Notes: generated from the sequence alone by a model not told the origin. DNA of 64,000 nt from an uncultured Pseudobdellovibrionaceae bacterium (GCA_964635325.1 CAZWOL010000001.1:11935-75934); one strand, 5' to 3'. Positions 43,124 through 53,780 are shown, counted from the first letter of the stretch. A program made the numbers and translations.

Positions 43124-43711
43124 CTATGGCCTAAAGTCAAGACCTCTTTGTGCTAAGTCGTCGCGCGAAGAATCTACAGCGGAAACGCTAGAGTTTGGGA
43201 TACTTTGCGGAATGCTCTTTAGGTTCAGCATGGATCCTAAATTCGTCAAAATGCGTTCGACTTCGGAGTTATTGCTCGGAGCCGGCATCCAAAAGGATTG
43301 TGCATGTGCTGAGCCTTCTTTGGATAGAATTTCGACATTGTTTCGCAATGCAAGGGTCGATTCCTCATTTGAAAGACTGCGTAGATGTAAAGAGATGCGA
43401 TTGCGGTAGATATCAGATTGTAGATAGTAGGAGTCCCATTCTGTGCTGATGATTCCAAGTTCTTTATTTGCAAGAGAGAAATTATAATTTTGGATGAGAA
43501 TCGGAATGAGAGCATCCCAAATTAAAACAGCATTTGTAGGAACTTTGTACAAGTTTGGGGCAATTTGTTGAATTTGCTTTTCGCGCGCAATGGCAGGGCT
43601 ATTTTCGATGGTGTTCGTTTGATATTTTCTAAGATTATCTAAGGGAAGAGCGCAGGCCGAAGTCAGCAACACAAAAAAGATTCCACAGGTCGTATATTGG
43701 CCTCTCTGCAT
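43124..43711 (-). CDS. Putative lipoprotein (function unknown)
   Basis: Signal peptide with the lipobox LLTSAC. It contains an IISTEWDSYY segment reminiscent of BamC/DUF3576-type lipoproteins, a weak resemblance. Confidence 0.5.
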   Translation of the reverse strand: MQRGQYTTCGIFFVLLTSACALPLDNLRKYQTNTIENSPAIAREKQIQQIAPNLYKVPTNAVLIWDALIPILIQNYNFSLANKELGIISTEWDSYYLQSDIYRNRISLHLRSLSNEESTLALRNNVEILSKEGSAHAQSFWMPAPSNNSEVERILTNLGSMLNLKSIPQSIPNSSVSAVDSSRDDLAQRGLDFRP

Positions 43712-43783
43712 CTGTCTGCTCGTCTCTTAGTTTTATGTAAGATAAGTATAGATGAATCAGACAGTTGTGGTCAAGCGCACCAC

Positions 43784-44761
43784 CTAGCGTAACAAATCTT
43801 GAATGACTTCACGTTCTTTGAGTAACTCATCGGTCGAAATTTTAATTTTTTCTTTAGCGAATGCTGAAAGTTTTATACCAGCTTCAATTTCATAGTCTCC
43901 CTTACCTTTGGAGCGTACTGGATATGAGAAAATAATTCCTTTTGGAATATCGTAGTGTGAGCCGTCGGAAAGCACTGCACATGAAAATACATTTCCAGCA
44001 GTATTGAGATTTTTTATGTGATCGATACAGGCAGAGCCAGCAGAGGCTGCAGAGGATTTTCCACGAGCGCTAATGATTTGCGCTCCTCTTTGTTGAACTT
44101 TTTTGATGAATTCTGTTTGCAACCATTCTTTATCACGAATTGTATCAGTTAGTGGTTTTTTTCCTAAGAAGGAGTTCTCGTAGTCTGGATACATTGTGCT
44201 ACTGTGGTTGCCCCAAATCATCATGTGTTTAACTTCACCAACTTCAACTCCTGCTTTTTGTGCTACAGCTGCGCGTGCTCTGTTTTCATCAAGCGCAGTC
44301 ATAGCTGTGAAATTGCGTGCAGGAATGTCACGTGCATTATGAAGAGCGATGAGACAGTTGGTGTTGCATGGGTTGCCGACTACAACCACGCGGACGTTCT
44401 TGTCAGCACGGTTGAGACCTTTGCCTTGAGCTACAAAAATAGGACCGTTTTCTCGGATTAGGTCGCTTCTTTCCATGCCTGGACCTCGGGGTTGCGCTCC
44501 TACAAGCAATGCCCAGTTGGTTCCGTCAAAGGCTTTGTCGGCTTCGCTGAAGCAATCAATCCCAGCAAGAGAATCAAATGCGCAGTCTTCAAGCTCCATG
44601 GCAATTCCTTCAGCGGCTTTAACCATTGAGGGAAGTTCTAAGAGATTGAGATGTACTCGGTAGTCCTTTCCAAAAGCCTCACCCGAAGCGAGTCTAAATA
44701 GAAGACTATAACCGATTTGACCAGCAGCTCCGGTGACCGTGACACGAATTACCTTTTTCAT
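43784..44761 (-). CDS. mdh: Malate dehydrogenase (LDH/MDH type-2)
   Basis: [20 protein letters not shown]-binding motif, plus GNPCNTN and IWGNHS. The ATG at 44761 (after AAGGAG) was chosen over the ORF start at 44884. Confidence 0.93.
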   Translation of the reverse strand: MKKVIRVTVTGAAGQIGYSLLFRLASGEAFGKDYRVHLNLLELPSMVKAAEGIAMELEDCAFDSLAGIDCFSEADKAFDGTNWALLVGAQPRGPGMERSDLIRENGPIFVAQGKGLNRADKNVRVVVVGNPCNTNCLIALHNARDIPARNFTAMTALDENRARAAVAQKAGVEVGEVKHMMIWGNHSSTMYPDYENSFLGKKPLTDTIRDKEWLQTEFIKKVQQRGAQIISARGKSSAASAGSACIDHIKNLNTAGNVFSCAVLSDGSHYDIPKGIIFSYPVRSKGKGDYEIEAGIKLSAFAKEKIKISTDELLKEREVIQDLLR

Positions 44762-44989
44762 CGAGCGTAACTCCTTTAAGGAATAGTGGTAGGACACATT
44801 ATTCTCTAACATTATTAGAGTGTTAAAGATATATTTTTGAACGGCAGTGCACTTATTCGCGTGTTGTTGATTAGGTTCAGTCAACTACATATTATACGAG
44901 GTCCTTCAAGAATATAAAACGCGTTGCAAACCTAGAGCTTTCAAACTATCTATGTCCTGACGTTTCACCTTCCTTCCTCGAGTTTTTGT

Positions 44990-45973
44990 TTGAGCAAAAA
45001 GGTTATAAAAATCTCGTCGACAGAAGATGGCCTGTTTCTTAACGACTTCATTTTGAGTTTTGATTCCTGTCAAAGCGAGTTTCTATCCTTTCTGTCCTCG
45101 GCGTTGAATCCATTTCTAGATATTTCCGCACGAATTTTTACCACGGAAGAAACCATGCGTATTTTGGGTGCATTCAATCGCAAACCAAATGCGCTTATTT
45201 GTCAATATAATAGGGCATTCAGTCTTGGTAAGTTGAAAATAGAGTTGCTGCCTTCGGGGGGGGTCTTAGGGGGGGCTTCCCTATTTGTAGAAATGGATGG
45301 AAACACGTTACTCTATGCGCCTCTACTGCGTACGAAGGGGTTTATTAGTTTGCGTTCGATGCAGCTTCGTCAAGCTCAAGTCTTGCTCATTAAGGCTTCG
45401 CATCCAGTACACATGTCTACAAAAGGGCGCCGCAAAAATGAAGTCGAACGACTCCTCCAGCAAGTTGAGATAGATATTCAGAAAGGTCGATGGCCGGTGC
45501 TTATCTGCCCACCTGTGGGTACGGCACAGGAAGTGTCATTTTTGCTGTCTGAGCGGGGTATTCCCGTTTCTGTGCATCCTTCAATTGGCAAGGTTCATAA
45601 AGTTTATGAAGCTTTTGGAAGCCATGTCGGAGCTTTTCATGTTAAACGCCAAGCTGGCGATGATGCTTCTGTACTGCTTCTCCCACAATCTCCGTATTTG
45701 CGAAATGCCCGTAGTCTATGTCTGCAGCGCCCAACCTATCTCGTACAAAAAGATTTTGTTGACTATAGCAACCGTTATCCTGACGTTGAAGATCGTTTTT
45801 ATCTGAACATTCACGCAGACATAGAGGATATTAAGACGCTTATCTTGCCGGAGGTGCGGCCAAAGCGGGTAGTGCTCTTTGGGCCCTACAGCAAAGCCTA
45901 CGCTGACGAACTTAAGGGTTTTGTTCAGAATGTAAGCACAATCTTTCAAAATAATCAGCCGCCACTTTTTTGA
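44990..45973 (+). CDS. Beta-CASP / metallo-beta-lactamase-fold protein, catalytic motifs degenerate
   Basis: The layout matches beta-CASP nucleases (LLPSGGVLGGA for the GH.LGSA motif, WPVLICPPVGTAQEV for motif A, NIHAD for the H motif). The HxHxDH motif is absent and the motif-3 His is replaced by Gly. TTG start. Confidence 0.5.
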   Translation: MSKKVIKISSTEDGLFLNDFILSFDSCQSEFLSFLSSALNPFLDISARIFTTEETMRILGAFNRKPNALICQYNRAFSLGKLKIELLPSGGVLGGASLFVEMDGNTLLYAPLLRTKGFISLRSMQLRQAQVLLIKASHPVHMSTKGRRKNEVERLLQQVEIDIQKGRWPVLICPPVGTAQEVSFLLSERGIPVSVHPSIGKVHKVYEAFGSHVGAFHVKRQAGDDASVLLLPQSPYLRNARSLCLQRPTYLVQKDFVDYSNRYPDVEDRFYLNIHADIEDIKTLILPEVRPKRVVLFGPYSKAYADELKGFVQNVSTIFQNNQPPLF

Positions 45974-46070
45974 AAGAGCTTCTGGAAGGACGCCGCCCAG
46001 GAAGGCATTGACAGGTTCGAAGTCTTCCATTAACTTCAGGGCCACTCAGGATGCCAATCCTGCTCTAAAC

Positions 46071-46147
46071 GCGCCCGTAGTTCAGTTGGATAGAATGCCA
46101 GACTACGAATCTGGAGGTCGGAGGTTCGACTCCTTCCGGGCGCGCCA
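46071..46147 (+). tRNA. tRNA-Arg (anticodon ACG), CCA encoded
   Basis: Cloverleaf folded by hand: acceptor GCGCCCG/CGGGCGC, anticodon stem CCAGA/TCTGG with loop CTACGAA, and T-arm GGAGG-TTCGACT-CCTTC. Confidence 0.9.
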
Positions 46148-46200
46148 TTTTTCTTAGTGATCTCAACAGCACAATAGAATAGTTATCGATTTCAATCGAA

Positions 46201-46893
46201 ATGGTTTCATTTCTAGTGGGTATCTCTATGCAAAATCAATATGAGTTAGAGCAAATCGATCCTAACGTTCTCTTTGATATGACCAAAATAGCCCGAGAAA
46301 GGACCTGGCAAGCGGTTCGGGATATAAGTAGTTTCATGCGACCTGGAATGACCGAGAAAGCTGCGATCAAACAAGCGAATGCCTATTTTGCTGATCATGG
46401 TGTGCGTAAGTTTTGGCACAAAACACACATACGTTTTGGACGCTCAACCGTTCTCAGTTTCGATGATCCCTATCATGACGAGGTTGTCTTGCAAGACAAC
46501 GATATTTTTTTCCTCGATATCGGTCCTATTTGGAATGGTGTTGAAGGCGACTGTGGTGAAACCTTCGTTATGGGAGAAAATGCAAAATTTACAAAGATTC
46601 GTAACGACCTCAAATCGATCTTTGATCAGACACGCGAATTGTGGAAACGTGAAGGATCAACAGGATTGCATCTCTATCAATATGCAGAGGAGCTCACTAA
46701 AAAAATGGGTTATCTCTTGCATCCTTCGTACGTCAAGGGTCACAGACTCTCTGAATTTTCACATTTCAATTATACAAAACTAGGCACCGGTGATTTAGAT
46801 TTTTGTCCATCTCCGGAACGATGGGTACTGGAGTTTCAAATTTGCGATCCATCCATGCAATTTGGTGCATTCTATGAAGATTTGTTGGATTGA
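46201..46893 (+). CDS. M24-family (pita-bread fold) metallopeptidase-like protein
   Basis: Candidate metal-ligand pattern FFLDIGP ... EGDCGETF ... GHRLS ... LEFQI ... FYEDL. The protein is short (230 aa) and its start is uncertain (an alternative ATG lies at 46228). Confidence 0.5.
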   Translation: MVSFLVGISMQNQYELEQIDPNVLFDMTKIARERTWQAVRDISSFMRPGMTEKAAIKQANAYFADHGVRKFWHKTHIRFGRSTVLSFDDPYHDEVVLQDNDIFFLDIGPIWNGVEGDCGETFVMGENAKFTKIRNDLKSIFDQTRELWKREGSTGLHLYQYAEELTKKMGYLLHPSYVKGHRLSEFSHFNYTKLGTGDLDFCPSPERWVLEFQICDPSMQFGAFYEDLLD

Positions 46894-46901
46894 TTTGAAG
46901 C

Positions 46902-47363
46902 TTAGGAATTTATCTTCAACAGTTGGTAACTTCGCGTTTGAAGGTCGATGCTCTTTTCAATTTTGAGTATATGGGTAGGGACGATTTCGAGTCTGCCCGT
47001 TAGGTTTTGAGGCCATTCAACCAAGAGACCATCATAGTCCAGTTCATGGACAAGATCCGACATCACTAAGCTATCGTCTCCTAATCTATATAGATCGATA
47101 TGAGCGTATGTTTTAGAGCCGATGGTGTAGTCAGAAAGATAAGTGAAGGTTGGAGACCGTACGGGTATCTCAGCTCCTAAGCCGAGTGAACGCAAAATAA
47201 AACCAGCAAGGGTGGTTTTGCCGGCCCCCATATCACCCTCCATCCAGAGGCAAAAGAAAGGTGCTTTGGACAGCTCTTGGGCTATGTTTTGAGCCAAAGA
47301 AGGAACTTCAACCATGCTAGCGTTTGTTATGTGCCATAGGCTCTGTTGTGATATCGGATGCAA
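46902..47363 (-). CDS. tsaE: tRNA t6A37 biosynthesis ATPase TsaE
   Basis: 153 aa with the P-loop GDMGAGKTT and a conserved PTFT..Y...HIDLYR pattern. Confidence 0.85.
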   Translation of the reverse strand: MHPISQQSLWHITNASMVEVPSLAQNIAQELSKAPFFCLWMEGDMGAGKTTLAGFILRSLGLGAEIPVRSPTFTYLSDYTIGSKTYAHIDLYRLGDDSLVMSDLVHELDYDGLLVEWPQNLTGRLEIVPTHILKIEKSIDLQTRSYQLLKINS

Positions 47364-47373
47364 AGGATCTCCG

Positions 47374-48786
47374 CTAGGTACCTAAGGTTTTGTAGTAGTG
47401 TTTAAAGCTCTGTTTGGCCATCTCAGCGAGTTCATTCACCATCATCTGAATACTGTCACTTTGACCGCCTTCGATCATAATGCGAGCTTTCAATTCCGTT
47501 CCTGAGTAACGGAAAAGTACCCTACCTTCATTGCCAAGTTTTCTTTGTACTAAGTGTATCTGCTCAGATAGCTCAGGTAGATAGTCGAGGGGGATTCTGT
47601 CAGGAATATCGATGTTCTTCAAGGCCTGAGGAAATTTTTGGAGAATGTTTTTTAGTTCACTAACGCGTTTTTGTTTTTCGACAACAATCTCAAGGAGTTT
47701 GAGAGCTGCTAAAATACCATCGCCAGTGGTCGAGATGTCTCCAAAAATGATGTGACCTGACTGCTCACCACCCAAGACGTATTTGCCTTTGCGCATTTCC
47801 TCCATAACATAGCGATCTCCTACCTGAGTGCGTAGAAGATTGATGCCCATTCTCTTGAGTGCAACTTCTAAACCCAAGTTCGACATAATAGTGGAAACGA
47901 CTGCTTTGTCATAAAGCCGATTTTTTTCCAAATAACTTTTTGCAAAAATTGCAAGCAATTCGTCGCCATCAAGAATAGCACCCGTTTCATCGACAATCAC
48001 AAGACGGTCAGCATCTCCATCCAATGCAATACCTAGGTGGGCATTATGAGCAATGACTTGTTGCTGTAGTTTTTCAGGATGAAGTGCACCATACCCTTCG
48101 TTGATATTGGTTCCGTCTGGAGATACTCCAATGCTGATCACATCTGCTCCGAGTTCTTCAAACACTTTAGGAGCAACTTTATATCCAGCACCGTGCGCAC
48201 AATCGACGACGAGTTTGATACCTTCTAGCGAGAGATGCTTAGGAAACTGTTCTTTGAGAAATACAGCATATTGCCCTACACTATCATCGATGCGAGCTGT
48301 TGTTCCTATTGCTTTTCCAGTAGGAGCTGCAAAAGTACTCAGATCAGAGAAGATGAGATCTTCAATCTCTTGTTCAGCACTGTCTGGTAGTTTGTAACCA
48401 TCCGCAGCAAAGATTTTAAATCCATTGTCATAGAACGGATTATGGGAAGCCGAAATTACAATCCCTGCATTGGCACGCATTCCACGCGTAAGATAGGCAA
48501 TCCCTGGAGTTGGAAGTGGTCCTACAAAATATGTATCCACTCCTGTACTGCAAATTCCTGACGAAAGAGCTTGTTCTAGCATGTAACCACTGCGACGAGT
48601 GTCTTTGCCGATAAGCACTCTTGGGTTTGGATAATGATTTTTAAAGTAGCGTCCTACAGCTTGCCCAAGTCGAAGGACCACATCTGGAGAGATAGGATAA
48701 GCGTTTGCATGCCCCCTAATACCGTCGGTACCGAATAGACGAATGCGTTTGTGAGGAAAAAAGTCGTGTGAAAGATTTTTTTGCAT
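47374..48786 (-). CDS. glmM: Phosphoglucosamine mutase
   Basis: FGTDGIRG, the active-site ISASHNPFYDNGFK and GDGDADR. The ATG at 48786 was chosen; the ORF track start is at 48825. Confidence 0.93.
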   Translation of the reverse strand: MQKNLSHDFFPHKRIRLFGTDGIRGHANAYPISPDVVLRLGQAVGRYFKNHYPNPRVLIGKDTRRSGYMLEQALSSGICSTGVDTYFVGPLPTPGIAYLTRGMRANAGIVISASHNPFYDNGFKIFAADGYKLPDSAEQEIEDLIFSDLSTFAAPTGKAIGTTARIDDSVGQYAVFLKEQFPKHLSLEGIKLVVDCAHGAGYKVAPKVFEELGADVISIGVSPDGTNINEGYGALHPEKLQQQVIAHNAHLGIALDGDADRLVIVDETGAILDGDELLAIFAKSYLEKNRLYDKAVVSTIMSNLGLEVALKRMGINLLRTQVGDRYVMEEMRKGKYVLGGEQSGHIIFGDISTTGDGILAALKLLEIVVEKQKRVSELKNILQKFPQALKNIDIPDRIPLDYLPELSEQIHLVQRKLGNEGRVLFRYSGTELKARIMIEGGQSDSIQMMVNELAEMAKQSFKHYYKTLGT

Positions 48787-48865
48787 TAGAAAATCTTCTC
48801 CCATGAAAGACGGTCCTAGAAACAATATCGAGACTTCACATTAGAAAGCCAGAATACGGTAGAGG

Positions 48866-49792
48866 CTACAAGTTCTTTTTTTTGCTGTAAATTTCAACAA
48901 TCGCGTTTTCTGGATTGGTCTCAATGAGGACGGTATCTTGGGGAATCTTCACCTGAATTTTCTGCTCATAAATACCAGCTGCAAGGTCGTTTATGTTCAA
49001 GAAAGCCCGGATTTCACCGTCTCGTATGCTCCCTAGTTTACTAGGACTTCCTTGAATTACAACAGAAACCCGTGTAGGTCTGATTTTAAAGGAAAAATTC
49101 GTATTGTCCACGTCAATCATTACGTTTGCAAATGATTTATTGACCTTTTTTTCTCCGACAAGCACGTTGACTTGCACTTTTTTAGTAGAGACTTTTAAGG
49201 TTTGATCGGTCAAGAGATAGGTTGAATCAAAGCTCTTGGATTCAGAGATATTATTGATGTCTATAGGTTCTGTGGATATAGCATCGACCCTTTGTAAGTC
49301 AGAAGCTGCAGCTGATACGAGTACTTTGTCAGGAATGATAATAGTTTTTTCGATGATATATCCGTCTCTAGGAATACCTGTGAAATTTTGTTTGATGGGG
49401 AGCTCTTTCTCCATTTTTTTATCTACAAAAACGGAAATATAGGCATCATAAATGGTGATTTTGATCCGATCGTTCCAACCTCGAATATACTCTTTGTCGA
49501 TACGAACACGTACGGTCTGAGGTTTGTCCGTAAAAAGTTTGACATGAGCCTGTATGGGTTCCATCGAAAAATGATTCAATAGAGCTCTAGGACCTCTTAG
49601 AGTCGCATCCTTGTATTGAATGTTTCCACCTTTTACGACAAAGCCTTCAGGCGCAATGAGTTGCACGCGCATCTTGCGATTGACTTCGAGAACTTGCTCG
49701 CTTTGCACAATGTACCAAAAGATAATTGCAAGCAGCACAGCAATGAGCTTGTAGGTAAAGTTGGCAAAGATTGCTCGGATAATCTGCGACAC
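48866..49792 (-). CDS. cdaR: CdaR-like (YbbR-domain) regulator of diadenylate cyclase
   Basis: N-terminal TM anchor followed by repeated beta-rich YbbR-like modules. GTG start immediately after the cdaA stop, in the position between cdaA and glmM. Confidence 0.65.
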   Translation of the reverse strand: MSQIIRAIFANFTYKLIAVLLAIIFWYIVQSEQVLEVNRKMRVQLIAPEGFVVKGGNIQYKDATLRGPRALLNHFSMEPIQAHVKLFTDKPQTVRVRIDKEYIRGWNDRIKITIYDAYISVFVDKKMEKELPIKQNFTGIPRDGYIIEKTIIIPDKVLVSAAASDLQRVDAISTEPIDINNISESKSFDSTYLLTDQTLKVSTKKVQVNVLVGEKKVNKSFANVMIDVDNTNFSFKIRPTRVSVVIQGSPSKLGSIRDGEIRAFLNINDLAAGIYEQKIQVKIPQDTVLIETNPENAIVEIYSKKKNL

Positions 49793-50635
49793 CTAATCTC
49801 CTTTTTCCTTGCCATTTACTTTGGTTTTTGAGCTTAGGCCTTCACTGTTGTTTGCACCGAATAAGGTGCGAGCGTATGAAGTGTTTCCAACCAGATGTTT
49901 GCGCAAAAGTTTGCGAAGCTGTGTGCTTTCTTGTATGTAGAGAATATTGCCCTCATGCACAATAGAAACAGTTCCTTTTTCCTCAGATACAAGAATGACA
50001 AGTGCGTCGGTCTCTTGGCTAATTCCGATTGCAGCTCTGTGTCGTGTTCCCATTTCTTGCTTCAAGTTTTCTGTTCGTGTGAGCGGAAGAAAACACCCTG
50101 CTGCTGCTAAGCGTCCTTGACGAATCATCACAGCACCATCGTGTATAGGTGAATGAGGTTCAAAAATAGCTAGAAGAAGTTCCTTAGATATTTTTGCATC
50201 GAGAGAAATTCCAATGTCGATATAACGAGATAAGATAATGTTACGTTCGATTACAAGCAAAGCACCAATTTTTTTGGAGGAAAGAGCAAAGGCGGCGCGT
50301 GTTAATTCATCCAAAAGATAATGGGATGCCATCGCTTCTGCATTGGTTAGCAAGGGCTTCTTTCCCATGCGGCTCAAGGCATTTCGGATATCTTCTTGAA
50401 AAAGAATAATAATGATCAAAACAATTGACGAATAAAATTTACTCATCAACCAATTGAATGTGGTGAGAGGGACAAGAGAAGACGCTTGAAAACCCAAAAT
50501 TACGATAAGAATACCGGTCAACATTTGGGCGGTGCGGGTTCCACGAATGAGGATCAAAATTTGATAGATTAGGAACGTGATGACGACGATATCTAAGACA
50601 GACCACCAACTAAACTGTTCAAAGATCTCATTCAT
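49793..50635 (-). CDS. cdaA: Diadenylate cyclase CdaA (c-di-AMP synthase)
   Basis: Three N-terminal TM helices plus a DAC domain with the DGAVMI and GTRHRAAIGIS motifs. Confidence 0.9.
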   Translation of the reverse strand: MNEIFEQFSWWSVLDIVVITFLIYQILILIRGTRTAQMLTGILIVILGFQASSLVPLTTFNWLMSKFYSSIVLIIIILFQEDIRNALSRMGKKPLLTNAEAMASHYLLDELTRAAFALSSKKIGALLVIERNIILSRYIDIGISLDAKISKELLLAIFEPHSPIHDGAVMIRQGRLAAAGCFLPLTRTENLKQEMGTRHRAAIGISQETDALVILVSEEKGTVSIVHEGNILYIQESTQLRKLLRKHLVGNTSYARTLFGANNSEGLSSKTKVNGKEKGD

Positions 50636-50654
50636 GGAAAATGGAAGCCTTCTA

Positions 50655-52589
50655 TTAGCTGGTGAGTGAGTCGGCTAAGTCGGGTGTCTCAGAACCTGTG
50701 AGCTGCCAGTTTTTAGCGACTTCTCGACGTTTGGTGTAAGCTTTCACTTCGTCTTCCGTTACGATGTTTTCACCAGCGATGACACGAGCCATCTCTGTCG
50801 CATTTAAAGTCTCTTTGACCAACAAGGCCTCAGCAAGGGCAACTAATTTGTCATGGTTTTCTCGGAGCAACGTCAAAGCTTTTTCGTAGCCTTCGGTCAC
50901 TAAACGATGAATTTCTTCATCGACCGTTTGAGCGACTTTCTGGGAAAATGCATCGGATGGACTAGAACCCCGTCCAAGGAAGATTTCTTCATCTTCTTTT
51001 TTGCCAATGGATAGTGGCCCAATTTTTTCACTCATCCCCCAGCTACAAACCATGCGTCGTGCAATATCGGTAGCTTTTTGGATGTCATTGCTTGCGCCTG
51101 TGGTTTGAATATTAAAGATAAGCTCTTCAGCAGCTCGTCCTCCCATTGCATAGGAAATCATGCCTTCAGCAAATTCTTTAGTCATCGTAAAGCGATCCTC
51201 AGACGGCAACGTGACGGTTACGCCCAGTGCTCGTCCTCGTGGAATGATGGTTACCTTATGTACGGGATCGCCTACTTTGCTTAAAAGACCAACAAGGGCA
51301 TGGCCTGCTTCGTGATACGCAGTGTTCGTTTTTTCTTTTTCACTCATGATCATGCTTTGACGCTCTGTACCCATGATCACTTTGTCTTTAGCTTTTTCGC
51401 AATGATTCATACTAATATGGTTGCTGTTTTCACGAGCGGCAATCAGCGCAGCTTCATTGATGAGATTTTCTAAATCTGCACCAGTGAAACCTGGAGTTGC
51501 TTGCGCAATAATTGCTAAATCAACATCATCGGAGAGGGGAGATTTTTTGCTGTGAACTTCAAGTATGCTTTTGCGTCCTTTTATGTCTGGACTCGGAACA
51601 TGTACTCGTCGATCAAAGCGACCTGGTCTAAGAAGAGCAGGATCAAGGACGTCAGGACGGTTGGTTGCAGCAATGATGATGACACCTTCATTCGCTTCAA
51701 AACCATCCATTTCGACTAGAAGTTGGTTGAGTGTTTGCTCACGTTCATCATGACCACCACCGAGACCTGCACCGCGATGACGACCAACAGCATCGATCTC
51801 GTCGATAAATACTATGCAAGGAGAGTTTTTCTTTGCTTGATCGAACAGGTCACGAACTCGACTTGCACCGACACCGACAAACATTTCAACGAAGTCAGAG
51901 CCTGAGATACTGAAGAAAGGCACTCCAGCCTCACCTGCAACACCTTTGGCAAGTATTGTTTTACCGGTTCCGGGCTGACCGATTAGCAAAACACCTTTAG
52001 GAATTCGTCCACCAAGACGCGTGAATTTTTTGGGCTCCCGCAGAAATTCGATAATTTCTTGTAGTTCGTATTTTGCTTCATCTATTCCAGCAATATCTTT
52101 GAATGTGACTTTAGGCTTGAGGTCGTTCACCAACTTGGCTCGGCTTTTTCCAAAGGACATAGCCTTACCACCACCAGCTTGTAAGGAGCGCATGATGATG
52201 AAGATAAACACTAGAAGAATTATCATTGGGATAAGTTGAACGAACAAGGATTTGAGAAGATTGTCGGATTCAGGCTCTTCAAAGCTGAGCGTGACTTTAT
52301 GATCCTCTAGGAACTTACGCGTTGATTCGTCATTAGGCACATAGGTTCGAACCTTGCTGCGATCTGAGCGAAATCCTGTCAGATGATTTTCTTTGAAAGC
52401 CGCTTCGACAATGCGATCATTGTCGTTTGGAGGGTTTTCTACCAAACGTTTAAATTCCGAATATTTCAACTCGGTAACGGTTTCTTGGCTAGATGTAACA
52501 ATGCTCGCTAAAAGTGCTACCATCACGATGACTGCGATGATCAGAAAAAGCATACGAGGTTGGTTTGGTTTCTGTAACGATGCAGCCAT
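50655..52589 (-). CDS. ftsH: ATP-dependent zinc metalloprotease FtsH
   Basis: Two TM helices, AAA+ motifs GQPGTGKT and IVFIDEIDA, an SRH region and the zinc site HEAGHAL. Confidence 0.98.
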   Translation of the reverse strand: MAASLQKPNQPRMLFLIIAVIVMVALLASIVTSSQETVTELKYSEFKRLVENPPNDNDRIVEAAFKENHLTGFRSDRSKVRTYVPNDESTRKFLEDHKVTLSFEEPESDNLLKSLFVQLIPMIILLVFIFIIMRSLQAGGGKAMSFGKSRAKLVNDLKPKVTFKDIAGIDEAKYELQEIIEFLREPKKFTRLGGRIPKGVLLIGQPGTGKTILAKGVAGEAGVPFFSISGSDFVEMFVGVGASRVRDLFDQAKKNSPCIVFIDEIDAVGRHRGAGLGGGHDEREQTLNQLLVEMDGFEANEGVIIIAATNRPDVLDPALLRPGRFDRRVHVPSPDIKGRKSILEVHSKKSPLSDDVDLAIIAQATPGFTGADLENLINEAALIAARENSNHISMNHCEKAKDKVIMGTERQSMIMSEKEKTNTAYHEAGHALVGLLSKVGDPVHKVTIIPRGRALGVTVTLPSEDRFTMTKEFAEGMISYAMGGRAAEELIFNIQTTGASNDIQKATDIARRMVCSWGMSEKIGPLSIGKKEDEEIFLGRGSSPSDAFSQKVAQTVDEEIHRLVTEGYEKALTLLRENHDKLVALAEALLVKETLNATEMARVIAGENIVTEDEVKAYTKRREVAKNWQLTGSETPDLADSLTS

Positions 52590-52628
52590 GGGCTTCTTAT
52601 TCTCCTAAATGGAATAAATTCGATCAGC

Positions 52629-53780
52629 CTAAAAATTTTTCAATGTCCTAGGTTCCGACTCAAAATTGCTAACTTGGAATTTCTGATCTAACACAGTTCC
52701 AGCGGGAAGCGGAAAAAAATCGACTATTGCTGAGGGGCCAAGAATAATCGCCCTTTTTTCTGCCAAAACCGCCGAAGCATGTTGTCTGTATCGGGGCTTT
52801 TGAGCTTCTCCTGAATCTGTGGATATAGAAAGCTCCCCTTTCTGCCTCAAAAGGCGCCGCCCTGAAGGGAGTTGCATCAAAGTCTTGGTCCCTGAAGAGC
52901 TGGGACGTTGAATCGATGTCAGAGCTTGTTCGAGTAGGTTATGGTTTATGCCCCGCTCTTGTGGGCGTCCTATGCCACAGGAAAGAACGTCATAAGCAAC
53001 GCTTTTTGGCAGCTTCTCTAAAAGCTCCCCATTGATCCCAGACATAGAGTGATCATTTTGTTGCAATTTTGCAGAAATCGATGAACGCGTAAACTCAACA
53101 AACTCTTTGGTCTCATGAGCAAAGCGAATGAGATGGTCCTTTGCACTTGAATTTAATTTTTCCAATTCAGGGAGCACCCGTTTACGAATTACATTGCGAC
53201 TGTAGATCATCTTATCATTGCTGGAATCACTGCGATTCGGCAAATTATGCCCTTGCATCCAAGCCGCTAGTTCAGCGCGAGTAACCGTTAGAAGTGGGCG
53301 CCAATAAGGAGCATTCCATTCCTGCATACCTAAGAGGCTTCCAGGGCTGACTCCACGGATCATGCGCAACAGCACATTCTCAGCAAGGTCATCCTTTTGG
53401 TGGGCTACTGCGATGGCCCAGCCATTGTCTGCAAGTTCTTTAAAGGTTTGAAGACGGATAGCACGAGCCCAGGATTGAATGTTCTTCTGCTTGCGGTTAT
53501 CTCGCTCCAATGTGCCCACTTTACGTACAATGATCTCGACGCCATGATCTTTCGCGAGCTTGCGAACAAAAGCCTCGTCCCCCTCGCTCTCGTCAAATCT
53601 AAGTCCAAAATTGAAATGGAGAAGTGCCAATGGAAAATTTATTTTTTCTTTGAGTTCTTGATAAAGAATATGAAAAAGCGCAGTAGAATCAAGGCCTCCC
53701 GAGCAAGAAACGATAAGCCCCTTATATTTTTGAAGAAAAGCGTAATTTTGACGCCTGCCTAAAATCTCCAATGTATTCAA
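52629..53780 (-). CDS. tilS: tRNA(Ile)-lysidine synthase
   Basis: PP-loop motif SCSGGLDS near the N-terminus. It lies upstream of ftsH, as in many bacteria. Confidence 0.8.
   Translation of the reverse strand: MNTLEILGRRQNYAFLQKYKGLIVSCSGGLDSTALFHILYQELKEKINFPLALLHFNFGLRFDESEGDEAFVRKLAKDHGVEIIVRKVGTLERDNRKQKNIQSWARAIRLQTFKELADNGWAIAVAHQKDDLAENVLLRMIRGVSPGSLLGMQEWNAPYWRPLLTVTRAELAAWMQGHNLPNRSDSSNDKMIYSRNVIRKRVLPELEKLNSSAKDHLIRFAHETKEFVEFTRSSISAKLQQNDHSMSGINGELLEKLPKSVAYDVLSCGIGRPQERGINHNLLEQALTSIQRPSSSGTKTLMQLPSGRRLLRQKGELSISTDSGEAQKPRYRQHASAVLAEKRAIILGPSAIVDFFPLPAGTVLDQKFQVSNFESEPRTLKNF

Noticed and set aside
44762-44884. N-terminal extensions of track ORFs: mdh at 44762-44884, atpD at 11068-11106, atpA at 13491-13580, lptB at 32676-32699
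   Set aside because: Internal ATG codons preceded by good Shine-Dalgarno sequences give N-termini that match the conserved family starts. The upstream extensions are unconserved read-through of spacer sequence.
42755-46200. Possible integrated element next to the tRNA-Ser and tRNA-Arg genes
   Set aside because: There is no integrase, recombinase or phage-like gene, and I could see no direct repeat of a tRNA 3' end. The neighbours are housekeeping genes (mdh, lipoprotein, peptidase).
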